Assembly (NCBI GenBank): GCA_051362555.1
Contig: CM120640.1
Coordinates: forward strand, 12,586,001-12,650,000
DNA: 64,000 bases
Direction: 5' to 3'
Source: Lingula anatina
Lineage: Eukaryota; Animalia; Brachiopoda
A program made the translations under genes and the position numbers. Below, in pieces: positions 13,771-29,000 of this stretch. How positions within the stretch are numbered: position 1 is the stretch's first letter; each line of letters opens with the position of its first letter. Under the pieces are notes generated by a model, which saw only the letters and a program-made list of their open reading frames with translations, was not told the origin of the DNA and ran no database searches.

Positions 13771-16761
13771 TTGGAATAAAAATAATCTTTGGACTGAATT
13801 GCTGGACTACAGTATTACCAAGAAGTGAAGATCTCCCCTTTCGTGAAAAAGAGCAGCATTACAGGACAGTGATGTAGGCTGACAGATTCCTTGCAAATGT
13901 TACAAATTTTTTGGCCCGTGGTGAAGAAATGAGGGGTATCATATCTGCACTTTTTCAGGAATCAGTCGAGATATCATTAACATGTGATGCGAAGCTTTTG
14001 AAATGGTCTTGACCAATGTTGATGTTTTTTAAACAAATTTTATTTTTAATTTCTCTGCACACTGAGAAAATGATCTTTTCTATAAATTATCTCAACAGGA
14101 AAAAAGATGTTTTACATGTGCACAATAGCTTTTAGTGGATTTTTTGTTGCTTAGAAGAGAAAATGTTGTTTTTACACTAGCTGGATACCTACACTGTCTT
14201 TTGTTTTAAACTGCAATAGAGATTAAATACAGGATATGATTGCACAGCATATATTACGTGTTTGAACCAAAACTAATTATTAAAAAAAAGACGCTTTTTA
14301 TATTTCACATTCAGTTATATTTTATGCAGGATCTGACTCAAACATTTTTACTGTTGTTTAAAATATGCCAAAATTTCATGTAAAAAATTAAAATCTAATT
14401 TGAAATGAATTGGAAACTGGTAGGTAGTTGTGTTATATATTTATTATTAACATTTAGATTATTTATTTATGTATGTCATAAGTAATATTGTGGACTACAG
14501 ATTTTTCAGTGGTATATGAAATGACTTGAATAGTCATATTTTGATATATTAACTGGCAATTATTCTTATATCTCTTGTAATCTTATATATTCTATATAAT
14601 GTATGTTAGTAGGCATAGGTTTGAGTGTCTGTATTTCAAATAGGTACAGAACCCTCGTCATGTGAAAGCTCAGCTGGGTACTATCTTTAATATTTGATAA
14701 GACTGAACTGAATAGTTGAAGCATTTATAAGGCAGTGCTTGCCTTTGACATATTAGCTATTACACTTCACCACATAGATAGAACAGTTGCAATGGTATAA
14801 GAAATAAGCTTTTATTGCAGGACATTTTACCAGTCCTCTCTGTGCCAAGACCAAGAAACCTTCATTGGCTATCAGTTGTTGTTACAGTGTTGTTTACAAA
14901 ATTTACAGTTTCGAAGAGATGGTTTTGCCAACCAGCCCTGTAACAAGGAATATTTACCTTAAGAAGGTGCCTAGAAAAAGGTCCGTGACTGTTTCTGTAG
15001 ATAGTTTTTGATAATATTCAAGCATCCTTGCTAAAACAAACCCTTTCGATTCAGCAATGTATCACACAGCTGTTGGTACTAAGTTTGATGAAGAGGAGTG
15101 CAAAAATTATTCAGCTTTCAGAAGCCCACGTTGTTTGTGCACAGTGAGCTGCTTTGTAGTCAAAAATAAAGATTTCTTCAGGATACACCCATATGTGTTT
15201 TCCCTATAAACTGTAATCTTTGCCCACAGGCTTACGTTTATTTTGATCTGAAAAGGCTTTGCGACTCAAAGGGTGGAATTTTATTTTTTATTTCTTTAAA
15301 CTGCACTTAACATGTGTTGCAGTGGCATTTACAGTTAAAGTAAAAATATCCAAATAAAAGACCAAACCTTAAAATTAAAGATGCAAATAATACTAAAAAA
15401 ATAGACATTCATTATGAAACTTAAGCTGGAAGCAAAATGCGAATTCCGTCAAAATGCATTGAAATATAAATGTGTTAAGATCTGAAGTATATCGGTAGGA
15501 GCTTCAGTAACTCAAAGTTAAGGCTGCCGATTCCATAAAATCGGGATAAACTGAGAATGCTCTTTATACAGTTATTCCCTTACATAGCATCAGTGAGCGG
15601 TAGAACTACTGTTTCTAGTACCAACACTGAGATTTCATGAGGCCGGCTTTAACATAATGACTAACATACTGTGGGATTTTAACCCTTATAAACTACCATA
15701 TTTGAAAAATGATTCTCTGGCGAGTTGGGAGTCGGTAAAGTTCTTCGAGAACCGGTGCGCTATGAGAACGGAGATAATTTTTATTATTATTATCATTATT
15801 ATTATTGCAATCGGGTGAGCTACAGCGTTTTATAGTGGGGAGCCAAATAATAAACTGAGCCGGGAACCACTTGGGCAGGGTACCTTGAGCGTTAAGATCA
15901 ACAAGACGACTCAACAGACATATTCATCAACTTTTCTGACGTCTCAACAGACACATTTTGTCAACGGTTCTCTGTCACAACCACGGGTTATTATGTACAT
16001 GTACCAAGGGTGTGAAAAAGTGTAAGGTATATTTTTAGAGATCAACACCTTCTTGGAAACCGTGAGCATCAGTTACGGATGTAATTACCATGTAATAAAC
16101 CTATGGTTGGACATGAAGGTTAGCTAAATGGCTATATAATGCCACAGAGAGAACCTGTAGAAAATTGACGTCAAAACGGGGGAGGGGGGGGGAGAGAGAG
16201 AAGGGGGAGGGACCGGTCAGTTTTTTAAAGCTTCGTAGTTGAAAACTATGAAATCGTTGAAAATGAACATTTGTGAAGGACAACTTCTCAAAATTTAAGC
16301 GAATTCCAGGAACGTTTGATCACTCACCATCATTTCTAACGTGTGCATAATTCGTAATCACATACTATATGTAAGCTATAAGATATATAAGTTGTGAATA
16401 AAAGCTACGATTTCATGTTCAGATAATTTCTTCATTTGTATTCGGCCATACGAAATTCAACGCAAACTTTCACAATAACAAGTTTTACAACTATTACTAC
16501 TACCGAAGTTAAAATATTTTAAACACCGCATAACTAAGTCATATAAATGCTTATCAATCAGAAAGCAAATTAATTTATTGCACTATTAATTGTCATCGAA
16601 AAATCTCGATAGGACGAGATATGGCAAATCGCAGCTGGCGGCCGAAAAGATGTGTTTTACTTTTAAATATTGAATGGGTGGGCTTTGTGGACCAAAAACC
16701 AATTGTCTTTCCAACTGTCTTGTTTATCTTCGTACATAACTAAAGCAAACATCCTCTACTA

Positions 16762-19336
16762 CTAATCAATAAAGGAACCAATCGGCGAATCTTTGTAAAT
16801 GAGAGGCGTTCCAATCACCAAGAATATGGCGCTACCTTGTAGTATGATGTAATTCCAGAACAGTGCTGAATCGGTGACCTTAGCAGCAAGAATCCACTCA
16901 GTCTCGAGCAAATTTGATTCATCGTTTGCTGCAACGGTTTCGGTTTCACAGTTTCCTTGGATTTTTCTGCTGCAACCTGGCGAATTTCCACTTTTTGGGA
17001 CTTCTCTGACGCCATGAGAAGGAGTGGAGGCTTGACTGTTTACCCGATTTTTGCTCAAGCGTCGTTTCTTCAGGTCACGGCGCACGTGAGCAGGGATTCT
17101 TATGCACAATATGTATGCTAAGAAATTGAAAATGAACTGCCGCGCCCACCTTGGTACACGTTGCCCTAGTTGGCTGCGATTCTGAATGTTGATGACAATG
17201 ATGGAAGATACCAGAGAAACCTTCGTACAGATTGTTAAGATGCATATGTAGACAACTGGAACAGATAGTGATAGGATTCAAATTACCATTTTTGATGAAA
17301 CCTTCCACATATGTTTTTGTAAACATCCAAACGAGATTTAAAAAAAGCTCAATGCCTCTGGAATATATTTTATTCTACAGCTTCCATCACTTCTGATGGT
17401 TTCTAACACATAATTTTAAGCAGATCAACAACCGAGGATACTTACTAATCAAAGGCATGTTTGTAGAGGACACAGGGACATAGTTCGCCACCAATTCTTG
17501 AAACACCATAAGGGATAGCAGCACTGTGAGGCCCACTGACACTCTTTCTCCTCCATCTGGTGGTAACCAGAAGCACATAACGGTACTGGCCGCTATTATC
17601 GCCGTTGGTACAATTATGGTAACAAAATGGTATCCCGCCATCCGTTTCCATCTAAACTTTATGACTGCCTTGCCATCGTTAACTATAAACGTCATGTTCA
17701 TGCCGTCCTTGCTATCAAAAGCACTGGTATTGGTGTCGGTTTCTTCAAAACCATATATATTCCAAGATGTTTCGCCCATTTCCCACTCAGAACTATTGGC
17801 ATAATGCGAGTTGTCTACCTCTAGGTTCTTTATCTTGACCAGACTGGGTAAGGAGATGCGTGGACGCACGTCAAATTCGCACACCTGGGTGTCCAGCGGA
17901 TACATAACCACGTTGAAGATGCAAGTAGTCGAGAAATGTGTGTGAAGGACATATGATGCCCACCCGTTCTCATGGACGATGACGTGATAGTTGGATAAGG
18001 GAAAGTTTATTTTGGCAACATCATCTGGGCTGATTAAATCAAAAATTAAAGAAATTATTTTGAAATCAATACACAACTCTTCCAAACAGAAGAAATCTCT
18101 AGTTGGATTGGTTGCCGCGCTCTTGCTCACACACACACACATGTGCACAAACATGCGCCCGCAAAGAGAGACAGAGAAGGGGCGGAAGAGGGAATTAAGA
18201 ACAGAAGCGTTCAAAAATACATGCAACTAGAAAAGCACTCCAAGAGCGCAGACCTCCGCCAAGGCAGCAAAGTCTCCACCCAATGTCGTTTCATCCCTAA
18301 ACTTTCATTCTATAATGATTTAGTTTTTTATTTTTGATTATTGATTGATTATTGATTGATTATTGATCCGGATCACCACCAAAAACTAATCATCTGTTCC
18401 TTGGCCCACTTCTGACAGTTCTTGAAAGTTTCATCAAAATCGGTCCATAACTTTTTGAGTTATGTTGATGACAGACAGACAGAGAAACAAACAAACAGGG
18501 GTAAAAACATAACCTCCTTGGCGGTGGTAATTAGCAAGTATGTTCTTTTTAATCAAAAATTACCTGCTGGTGAGCATTAATTCTGGAAGCCAGATGCTGG
18601 AACCGGAAAATGATGTGTATTTAATTCCATCGTAGTTTTTGCTATCCCAAGTAAGAAATTCGTCGTACCAATACTAAAATAGAACAGAATTGTGTATTGC
18701 CGTTTATGGAATTTGAAATTCAATTTATTTTATAAAAAGATGAAAAAGTATGTCGCTATCAAAAGTATTCTTTTTTATGTACTACTAGTAGAAGTATGCA
18801 CAGTGTAAGTCGCAGTGCGAGCATTACTTGCCACTCGCCATAAATATTTTAGCCCTTTAAAGCAGAACATCTTAAGTAAAGATCTTACTAGAACTAAGTA
18901 TTTGTGTCAAATGAATACGCCTGAGTTTGGAACAAAAGACGTCAAAGGTTTGACATCAATTATCATTCTTTACATGTTCCCTGATAATCACTGGATATTT
19001 TATAATTTTGTCTTTAATGGTTCACAAATTATGCTTAAAACCACCCGTGATCCAATCCTGAATAAGAAAATGGTCTTCAAATCATATAATGCTCGATGGA
19101 GCCTTGGCGAGAGCGGTTGTAATCTGCACAGCGGTTAATGTCCTCTTCTAATGGTTTTCTCAGTGACATTTATAACATCACGTAAATATATCGATTTGCA
19201 CCGATCTTCATTCTTACAGTGAATCAATCATTGACGTATACGTTTGATAGAAAAAGTTCATTGTGAAAACCAAATTCCATTCATCTTATATGTTAAAAGC
19301 ATAAATAAATAGAGACGTTGAAAAAAAATCAAATCT

Positions 19337-19371
<35 letters not shown>

Positions 19372-22300
19372 TTTCTGTAACAGGGTAAGGATCAAAACTG
19401 GTTTCAAGCATAACTGTAACCAGGTAAAAATCATGAAATTTTGGTGACTTTTTCAAGAACGAGTAATGAAAAAAATCTTATGCAAGATTTTTTTTATATA
19501 AACCATGTTCCAAAGTTATGTTCTCAGTATCCAATTGTTATCGATATGAGTGAAATACATTTTTTCTTTTAACTTTGATAAAGCCTGCATCACACTTTCA
19601 CTTTCTGTTTATGGAAAATATTGAGGTGCTATTCTGTACCGGATTTGCGAGCATTTCTACCTTTTTAAATAATGTATCAATATTAGTGTTATATTAAATT
19701 ATGTTTATCGACGCCTGCTACTAAATTGTTTGTTTAGTTGGTTTTTTGTTCAACGTTTAATTTTTTTTTTTTTACGATTGTATTCTCCTCGCAATTGTTG
19801 AAAAGATTTATTTAGTATTTTTTTCTATAGCCATACAATGTTGAAGAAATAATCAACACGTGACAATGAAACATCCACACTTTAATAACGCTGCGGTGAC
19901 ATCATCTGCGAGATTGTGGAAAGGCAATTTAATAAAAGTAAGCCTACGTAAGACATGCGATATTGTGCCCATTTCTGTATCAGCAAACACACCTTTTATG
20001 TTCTTGATAAAAAAGATATCAGTTTGATCTTTTATGCCGCCCTGTAGGAGGGAGGCTTTGGTTTCAGATACTGCACGATCTGAAACCAAACTGACAATAT
20101 TGTTACAACATTAACCTACCACCTCCAGCACCACCGATAGAGTGAGCACCTGCTCTTGCACCTCCTGAAAAGATAGAACAGACTTATCATTTAAAAAATT
20201 TTCATGTACTTGTGGTAAAGCAGACAGAGGCCCTACACAGTGTTTATATGAAGGAAAGGCTTTTTAAGATACAACTCTGGTGGATGAATCCTCATCGTCC
20301 ATATTTTCAAATAGGTGAAACAAAATACAAAGCAAAACTCTGCCCACGGTGAAAATTTAATTAGGTGATGACTGTCAGGTGCATGGTTGATTGACTCGGC
20401 AATAATAATGGAAATAATGCACCTGGGAAATTAAACGAAAAGCCATCGAGAATGTAATAAGAATGAACAAGGATAATTACAAAAACAAAACAATAATAAT
20501 GGTGGGCCATGTCAAAATGTTTTCTCTAAATTGAATACTTTAATTTTGAGCTGGACGCCAGTCTGAGGTGTCAAAACAGGGGCGGATCTAGAGATATTTT
20601 CTGACAGTCTTCCAAACTATCTTTGTTAATCCATCTTCCATTTTCTGACCGTCTTCCGACTTAAAAAATGGATACATGTCAATGTAAACTTGAAAATCTG
20701 ACCGTCTTCCGAAAAACCCAGAAGACTGCCTCAATCCGCCCCTGCAAAAAAACAATGCCTACATTCTTGATAACAGCCTTATAACGACAAGCATGTTGTA
20801 ACAAAGATGTCCTGGAATAAATTATTGGCAAACAATAATAATCATCATACTTCCAACAAAACGAAGGATGAAGTATATATATACAGAATATTGAAATCTG
20901 GTAGCTCAGTCAGTATAATTGTCTGGCTAGTTGTCCGTCAGTTTGTGGACGCAATCAAGCATTGCCTTCTCCCCATACGACCAACAGCTTTCATTCAATT
21001 CCATCGAAACCCGATTACCAGGAAGACTACTATACATCTGTGTCGTTCATTCAGAGACTTCTTCATTTTTTCTCCTAACTTTTAAAAGCTAAAATGCTAA
21101 TATAGCATAAAGGAAATTTCTTCGGACGTTTTCTATTACAGTTTTCAATCAATATTCCTGAAGATACACACGTGAAACCACCAGGCCCATACACGATGTA
21201 TACTATTGTCACCTATGTTTTTAGTTTAACCCGTTGTTGCATCATTCCATTAATTCCTTCATTTCAATATACATGGAATATTAATTAGAAATTTCTGGTG
21301 CTAAGAAACCAACCGTTCTCAATTAATTTGCTCAGGTGCAATACTCCCAGCTTTTTTGAAGTAATATCGACATTCCTAAGTTCACGACCACTCTATCTCT
21401 CTCTCTTGCTTGTGCTTCGGTAATTAAGCCTATCTTTGAAGAGACATACAAACTCTGCTTCTAAAATCAATGATGTGTTAGCTGCAAGCCTTTCGCCTTT
21501 CAGCAGGAGGTGCCAAACTTATTCTAATTTCTTATGATTTTGTTACATGCGCTAAAGAATCCCCACCTTCAGCAATGGTTATATGGTTCGAGGGGTTCAT
21601 TTGATGCTCGTATACAGATATTATTATTATCGTACTTCTACTGCCACAATCTTGCACGGCTTGATAGGCCAAATGTTCGGGTGAATGCTGTGGGTTTAGA
21701 TAACAAACAGGGTACCGTACATTCAGTGAAAAATTAATCTTGATGAATTGAGTCACGTCTTGTTCAAAATGTTCTTATGTGCCCTTTATGGAGTAGAATG
21801 TTTCCCTATCTTGATTATTAAGAGTAATTAACAATTATGTTAGTATGGAAGAAGGCCATTATCTAGGAGGCTATAAAAGGTCTTATCCTAGCGTTTCATA
21901 TTTGGACTAGCATTTTTTTTTCTATTGAATGTCGCATGGCGGGTATCATGTAAAGCTATACGAGCAAAAACTCTTGTGTACCAGAGGCAACGCCATTTTT
22001 AAATTAAAGTGCATAGTTTGTGAGAAATTGATATGCAAAAATCGGGACTTGTATTAATATTGTTCAAAGAGGTTTTACAATAATTCGATTAACTAAATTG
22101 ACAGCCGTGGTTCCAACAAGTGGAAGGACTTATAACCATTAGTAACTATTAAATAATTATCTAACTTATTAACATGGCTTTAGAATTCTGCACATCATTT
22201 TTGGAAAATTTAATCTACAAAAACTTGCAAACTTCTGAAATGTCCCCTAAACTGGAGTCTGATTTTGTCCGATAAAGTGACGTGTCTTTGAGCTGACCAT

Positions 22301-22808
22301 TTGCTGGACCAACCAGATCAAGCACTCACCAGACTAACAATTGATTTTGGGTTAATTCTCACGTCAATATCAAGTGCCTCTGAAGCGTTTATTTTTGGTC
22401 TGACGTCTCTATTGTATCCCGCCAGTAGATCCTCTTTAAGACGGTACTCAGCAGACTGGTTGAACACATCTGGCGATGTCAAGTAAAGAAGATAAAGAAA
22501 AATGTAGATTACGCCAAAGGTGTATTCTCAATAATTACAAAAACGCTGATATTTATTTTAACATAAAACCCCTAAGAATAACTTATCCGTCTTTATCTGA
22601 AATAAAATCGAACTTAACACCAAATGTGTAAAAAAATCCTAAAACTGAATTTTAAAATCGAAAACGAAAGGTACAGAAAACTTCTATTTATATATATTAT
22701 TAGAAGAAGTGAAAGCAAACCTCGTACTCCTGAACACCCATGGAAGAGACTCTCAAAAGTCAACATATGAAGAAACACATCAGCGACTAAAACGATTCCG
22801 AGAAACAT
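16762..22808 (-). CDS. Divergent nicotinic acetylcholine receptor-like Cys-loop ligand-gated ion channel subunit (non-alpha), about 486 aa
   Basis: Exons 22721-22808 (signal peptide), 22330-22469 (EYRLKEDLLAGYNRDVRP), 20120-20164, 18564-18673 (WYDEFLTWD..IWLPEL), 17446-18029 (Cys-loop CIFNVVMYPLDTQVC, M1, M2 GERVSVGLTVLLSLMVF), 16762-17255 (M3, EWILAAKVTD, M4). Phases are consistent, and the 140/45/110-nt exons are the classic nAChR exon sizes. Confidence 0.9.
18227..18532 (+). mobile_element. Non-autonomous Helentron/HINE (DINE-1-like) element, copy 1
   Basis: Subterminal inverted motif cctccgccaagg ... ccttggcggtgg, (GATT/TGAT)n core, (GACA)n microsatellite near the 3' end. Near-identical to 63736-64000. 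Confidence 0.7.
19336..19374. repeat. (TTTA)n microsatellite
   Basis: Direct reading. Confidence 0.85.
20577..20744. mobile_element. MITE-like element with 11-bp terminal inverted repeats
   Basis: CAGGGGCGGAT ... ATCCGCCCCTG termini; three internal copies of tctgac(a/c)gtcttcc. Confidence 0.6.
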
Positions 22809-25800
22809 GTTTTCTGTCCTCCAGTCGGTCTTGTTAGCACATTAGCTGTGGGAGCATCATAAACCACAAAGTGGCGCTTCCTAATGAACTACCTGCTGAG
22901 CTCTCTGTCCACAAAGTGCAAATGAATCAACTGTTGCAAACTGGAATGATACAGCAATTTTTATATCTGTTCTCGTTTTTTTTATATTAACCTTCAAAAG
23001 CACGGGCAAGTAGTAAGTATGTGCCTTTCTATTGTATGGTCTACCACCAAGTGCAAAATAACTAATGGGCTTTTTAACGCCAAAGGAAAGATAATGCAAT
23101 TTGTTCATGATAGAGATTGAAAATGAGACCATTGCATTTTTCAATTCATTTCGAGTGAATGGCAAACAATGAAATATACCCGTTAATAACAACGACTAAT
23201 GCATTAGGATCAGGCCATTATCAGGAGTATTGTTTGAAAACCTGGTAATTATATCACTGTCCTAATAAAATCAATGGTAGACGATTGTCCGTATCACCGA
23301 ACGTGCACTTCACTTCATTTTTCAATTTATACCTGTTGACTTTTGATGTATTTCAATAAGCCTTTATTTAAGATTTGAGGGAATCCAACCCTTGAAATCT
23401 TGATCTCAATACTTGAGTGAGATTTAGATGCAGACCACTGTGTTTGTAAAGTGAACACTATCCATTTAATTCTTATTTTTATTTCTGCTGTGATAATACT
23501 TACGAATTAAGTACGAATAGCGCATGAAATACAATTGCTTTAAATGATACTTACTACTATTGTTCTTTTAAGGAACGTCATTACCTGCATTAAGAAATAA
23601 GAGTACTGTGTTCTGGTCGGATAGAACGTCATATCGGAGCGTAAGAGTTTGAGCTGTATATTATTTAGCTTCGACTTGAATTCCATTTGGTCTAGAATTT
23701 AATTTATTTTTCATATCTAAAACTACTACCGTTATTTACATGTATGCATAGAACGTTTCAAATGTTATTTGATGAAACCTGAATAACTTGTTCAATAGGA
23801 AATAGAGTGCATTTGACCTTTTCCAAACGACGGTACGTAGGCAGTGATTTTCAAACAAAAACTGATTGCTTTACAAATGTGTCTTAACATCGTTAACAAT
23901 GTGACAGAAAGAGGATCGAGAGACACGTATTTATTGCTCTCAACGCAATGCTGCAGGTTTTTTATGTATCTGGAATCTTGTTTATGATCGATTAGTCTAA
24001 TGCGTTCAACAAAATGACTGAAGATTGGTTGGTTAGTTGGTTGATTGGTCTCTGGCATTTGTGTTATTGTCTGCTTCATGAAAAGACCCTATTAGTATTA
24101 AAGCCTTCCAAGCCAGGCTTTTCCCAGTGTAAACTTGGGGATAACAGCATTTTACCTCCAAACAACCTTTAATCTTCCTTTCTGACACTCTCCATAACTC
24201 TGTAACAATTTTTGGGAAAAAAGCCAAAGATCAAAACCCATTCAAAATCCAGATACCCCATTCATTCCATTGACTATACTTCCTGATATTTAGAAACTCT
24301 CTCACTTTACGTTTTAAAAGTTTTAACTGTCCTCGGATAAGTACAGAAGAAGCGTACATGAAATGCGTTCAAAATCCTGGCTGAGATCACTTTAATTTCA
24401 AAGGCACGATGGTCTAGTGAAAAAAAAACGAAAAGGGACTCAACTTTGTTCCAACTATTTACACTAGAAAATCTGCTAATAATTCTCATTCTATTCAGTG
24501 CAAGTAATAAAACAAGTAGATTTACGTATATTGACTCAGTGAAACCCTTGTAGTGAAAATTGACGCAGAAGATTGCTCAATGCTCAGTTGATCCGGGAAT
24601 GACAATCTTAAGCCATAAACGCAGAAACTGGGGAGGGGGGGTAGCAATGACCCTGGTTCGACTCCTAGAGACTGAAATCGTTTTTCATGGAATTTTATTT
24701 CATATCAATAAAGAAAAGCATATACGAACTTTCAAAGTTACAGTATATATTTATTCGAGGTTCCCAAACTGAATTTTCCATTTTAAAAGCACTGAAAACC
24801 ACACAAATGTCACGTAAGGTTTCTGACCCAGCAACTCGCCCACTAAATATTTCCATTGCATTGTAAGTATTTATCCACGTGTACGTGTGCGTGAATGATG
24901 GAGGGGTATGTACACACTAGACTTTCATGATGCCCGTGATCTCCCTCCTAAGCCCGTGAATACGTGCAACGATTTGCGCCTGTATATTATGAATGAATGT
25001 TTCAATAACATTATTTTCAGTGAATAAAAACTAACGTTATTGAGGCTGGGAGGGGGGGCGGGGTTAAAACCCCTTGAAATTTTTCACTCACAGCACTCAC
25101 AACAGGTTTTTCTCTGCTTCTTCACTTCTTTTATCCAAATGTATTAATATGTAATTTCAAAACATACAGCCCCTGTCGATATTTTTTATGGTCACCCCGC
25201 CAACACACAAGCCCTTAACTTTTGCTTACTTCAGGCTGTTATTCTCTCTACCCAATTGCTTAAAATAAGGGAATATTTCGAAAATTATAGATCATATTAT
25301 CATTGTTTATTTTTTTCTGTTGTCATACCACCTTGATATAGCAAGTTGTAATAATGGCAAATAACAGGGAGGGATTGGCCTTTGCTAGTGGTCCTATTTC
25401 GAACTTAACAGAGATGGTGCTATGCTAATTATAAGCAAGTTACGGGATAGGTTCTATAATATTACATGGTGAAATATTATTTTATGTGGTATAAGGGTAT
25501 ATTATATGGAATTACGATGTTTTTAAGTAATCTGTGTATTAAAAACGTTATATGTTGTAGCATTAAAGCAGGGGTATCCAGTTCACATAATGATAAACTG
25601 AAAGTCATAGGTCCCACTGAACGTCAAGTGTAGGCTTTCTCAAATGAACAAATTTGTCTCAGAAAAGCTGATTGTCCATTTGTGAAGCAAAGTAGTATGG
25701 TTCTTGTACACTGTATACCGCACTCACGTTTCATTGCGGTTTAGAATAGATAACAATATTATGCTATTTTTTGGTCTTAATTCAGACTAGGTGTAGACTT

Positions 25801-26060
25801 TCTCTTCGCCCTGCTGATGATAAGCTACCGTTTGAGGCGCTGAAAGCCAGCAAATGAATAAGATTATTTTACTGCTTGGCAGGTGCTTTATGAAGGATTG
25901 GTGTGTGTCTCCGGAGGCGGCCACTCTAACCACAAAGCCATCCAATCCATCCAATCGGTTATAAGAAGGAAGTGATAAAGCGCCTAAATGCATACTTAGG
26001 CTAAAGTATATGCACAAAATGAACTTTCTTCTTTCTTGCTTCAATCCCTCTCAATTTAAG

Positions 26061-29000
26061 TCAAATAAAAGCATACTCTCCACTGGCCGACCTATCAATT
26101 ACTATCCAAGTTCTTCGAATATTACCGCTCGTAGATTCACATCTAATTTGGTCACTGCCGGAAAATTGTGTAGATAATTTCCGTCTCAGCATACACAAGC
26201 AGATTCCCATGCGCCTGAGTTCAGATTGAAACCCACGATGATAGCACAAGTAGACAATTGGATTGTACAAAGCAGATGCCTTTGCCACCATGGCCGGGAT
26301 TGTGGACGTAACGCGGTCCAATTTCTCTTCGTAACCAAATATCCCCATTAAAGCTACGACTACATATGGCGTCCACGCTATGAGGTATATTACCAAAAGA
26401 ATCAAAGTCATCTGCACGATCTTGATCTCTGATCTGAGGTGAAACTTCTTATCGTGCTTTTGCACGTTCATTTTACGCATTTTGTTTGAGTGCGAGCGCA
26501 CGTGCACATAGATACCGATGTAGAATGACACAATGACAGAGAGAGGCAAAACGGCTCCTCCGGCCACCAGGGCCATTACAAAAGCGCGGTTGTTGGAGGT
26601 TTGAGTGAGAAAGTCAAAACAGCAAGCTGTGCCAAGCCCTTCGAGGATGTACCGGCCCCAGCCAACTACCGGCAAGAGGACCCATAGGGCAGAATTTATC
26701 CAGACCATAATCAGATATTTCACAAGTTGTTTCCACGACGTTTGAATCTGCGACATTCGAACGATTGCGTAGTACTTCTCTGCCGCAATGGCCGCCATCG
26801 TGTTGATTGTCATGAGGCCAAACCCTCCCATAATAACTGCATGGATGTCACAACCTGTGGAATGAGATAATTAAGGTTCAATAGGCAGAAACGGTGAGGA
26901 AAAAACTGAACGACAAAAACCGCAGTCTGTATCTCTGCAGACTGCCAGTGATACTTATAATTGCCGCAACACGCTTTTTGTATCAAATAAGCTCACGATT
27001 TTCCCCAAAGTATATTACTTTTCTGTACTAATAGTTCAATAATTTCGTGACCACAGTACTGGTCTAGTTGCGGTAAGTATGCAACAGAGGCTAGAGTGGC
27101 CCCAGCAGCAGTTTAGTGGGATGGTGGTGGTTTTCCTCGTCACATTTGAAGATCTGATTTCAGTTGTAAACTTCAGAATATATTTTCATTTAAAATATGC
27201 GGTATGCATATATTGCTGTGGTAATGTCAACTTTGACAAGGACGCAAAATTCATACACAACACCATATAAAATTCGCATCTTGCAGTTTACACACCTATT
27301 TTCCCATAAGGCCATCTACCTTCAAAGGAAGCCACTGTTACCATGGGCACTGCCGTTGACATCATTACATTGCTAAATGACATATTAACCAAGAGGAAAT
27401 TCCCTGGTGTTCTAAGAGCCTTGGATCTGAAATGAAAAATTGCTAACTGTCAAAACATAAAGTATCTCTTTAATTTACTTCTCTGATGACTATATAATGA
27501 CGACAGCTGTGTTGTTCTTTGTTGATTTTTTTAATCAAAATCTGTTTGCTTAATGTTATTGGTATTGATTGAAATGCGACAGTAACACATCACGAAGACA
27601 ACAAATAGCAAATTACATTTTGAATGGAAATATGAGAAATGAGTTTCGTGGAGCTGTTAACTTTGTGTTTTTTAAGTCAAGTCTACACAAACAAGGCACT
27701 ACGCACATAGGGGCCTATGCCGAGTACTTGGCAACCATGTAGATCTGTTTTGTCGTTCGATCTATAAGCTAATGTGTGTATTCTTTGATTATAAGCACTG
27801 GGTTTTATCAATGCTGTGCAAGAAATGGAGTTCCCTTGACAAGAGATAGAACTAACTGTAATACGAATCCTTACTAGCGCTCTTTCAAAGGATTTGCGAC
27901 TTTGGCGAAGACAAGGAACCGCACGTAAATGTTCTCTACATGTAACAGCTAGACATCAATAATGTTAATGTTTAGTGAAGAGATTATGGAGCCAGGAAAC
28001 GACTCCATTGAATTAATTTATTTGTTGAGACAAGTTTTTGGACTTGGCCATAGGTGTGTGAGTGCGTGTGCGCGCGTGTGTGTATGTGTTGAACACTAAA
28101 AATGAAAAGGTTGGACAAAAATGCCTTACGCAAATGCATTATGTACAGATACTTTTTAAAACCTCAATATACATAACCCTATCAACAGACTCAGACAGTT
28201 GTTAGGGTTTGCTCTTTCATTTTTCCTCTATTGATATATGCTAGTTGCACTTTAAAGTTTCATGCTCCGTTTTTTTCTTTTTTTTTTAATTCATTCCAAT
28301 CGTTATGTAGGCGCTTTTCAATTTTGATTCATTGAATCATGATGTTTTGATCACTTAATTGACAACCGAATTGGACTCAAACATCATGCTCTATTGTAGC
28401 AGTCATAGTCCGAAAAAGAACGAAATCTCGCTGTTTGTTTCATTTCTGAAATTTGATAAACAATTTGATGACGGGTAGCAGTGTAAAATACGATGGGCTG
28501 TTTGGTAATGAGTCTAATAAAATACGAGTGTTCAGCGTCTCTACGAAATCAATGATCCAGATACAGGCCTTCGACAGGATACACATTTGATATTTGATGC
28601 ACCTTAAGCCCTCCGTATCCATACTTATTCTTTTTGAACTTAATAAAGTTCCTTCGGGTATACTTCCCTGTGCACTGATAAACATTTGTCAATAATTTTG
28701 GAAGGATTGTATTTTGCTTTACGTGAAGTCTTGCCTTGGCAGTTTAAAAGTCTTCTGTGATTTTATGATATTTTTCGGCCTGAGGTGGTTACAGTGATCT
28801 GTCGCTATGTCATCCTGTAAAAAATGCTGCAACCTGTTGTAGAACTTTCAAATTTTTATTTTTCGCACACGGTCTACATCAGGTAGCCCAGAGGCAAGAG
28901 CGGCCTATCAGTGACTTTAATATCTTATATAAAAATCGCATGGGGCCCTGCGTGCCACACATATAGTGGATGTGTCTATGAATAACTACTTCACCAAGAA

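Noticed and set aside
15720-15810. gcgctatgagaac followed by (ATT)n, like a LINE/SINE 3' tail
   Set aside because: Single short occurrence with no recognisable element body or target-site duplication.
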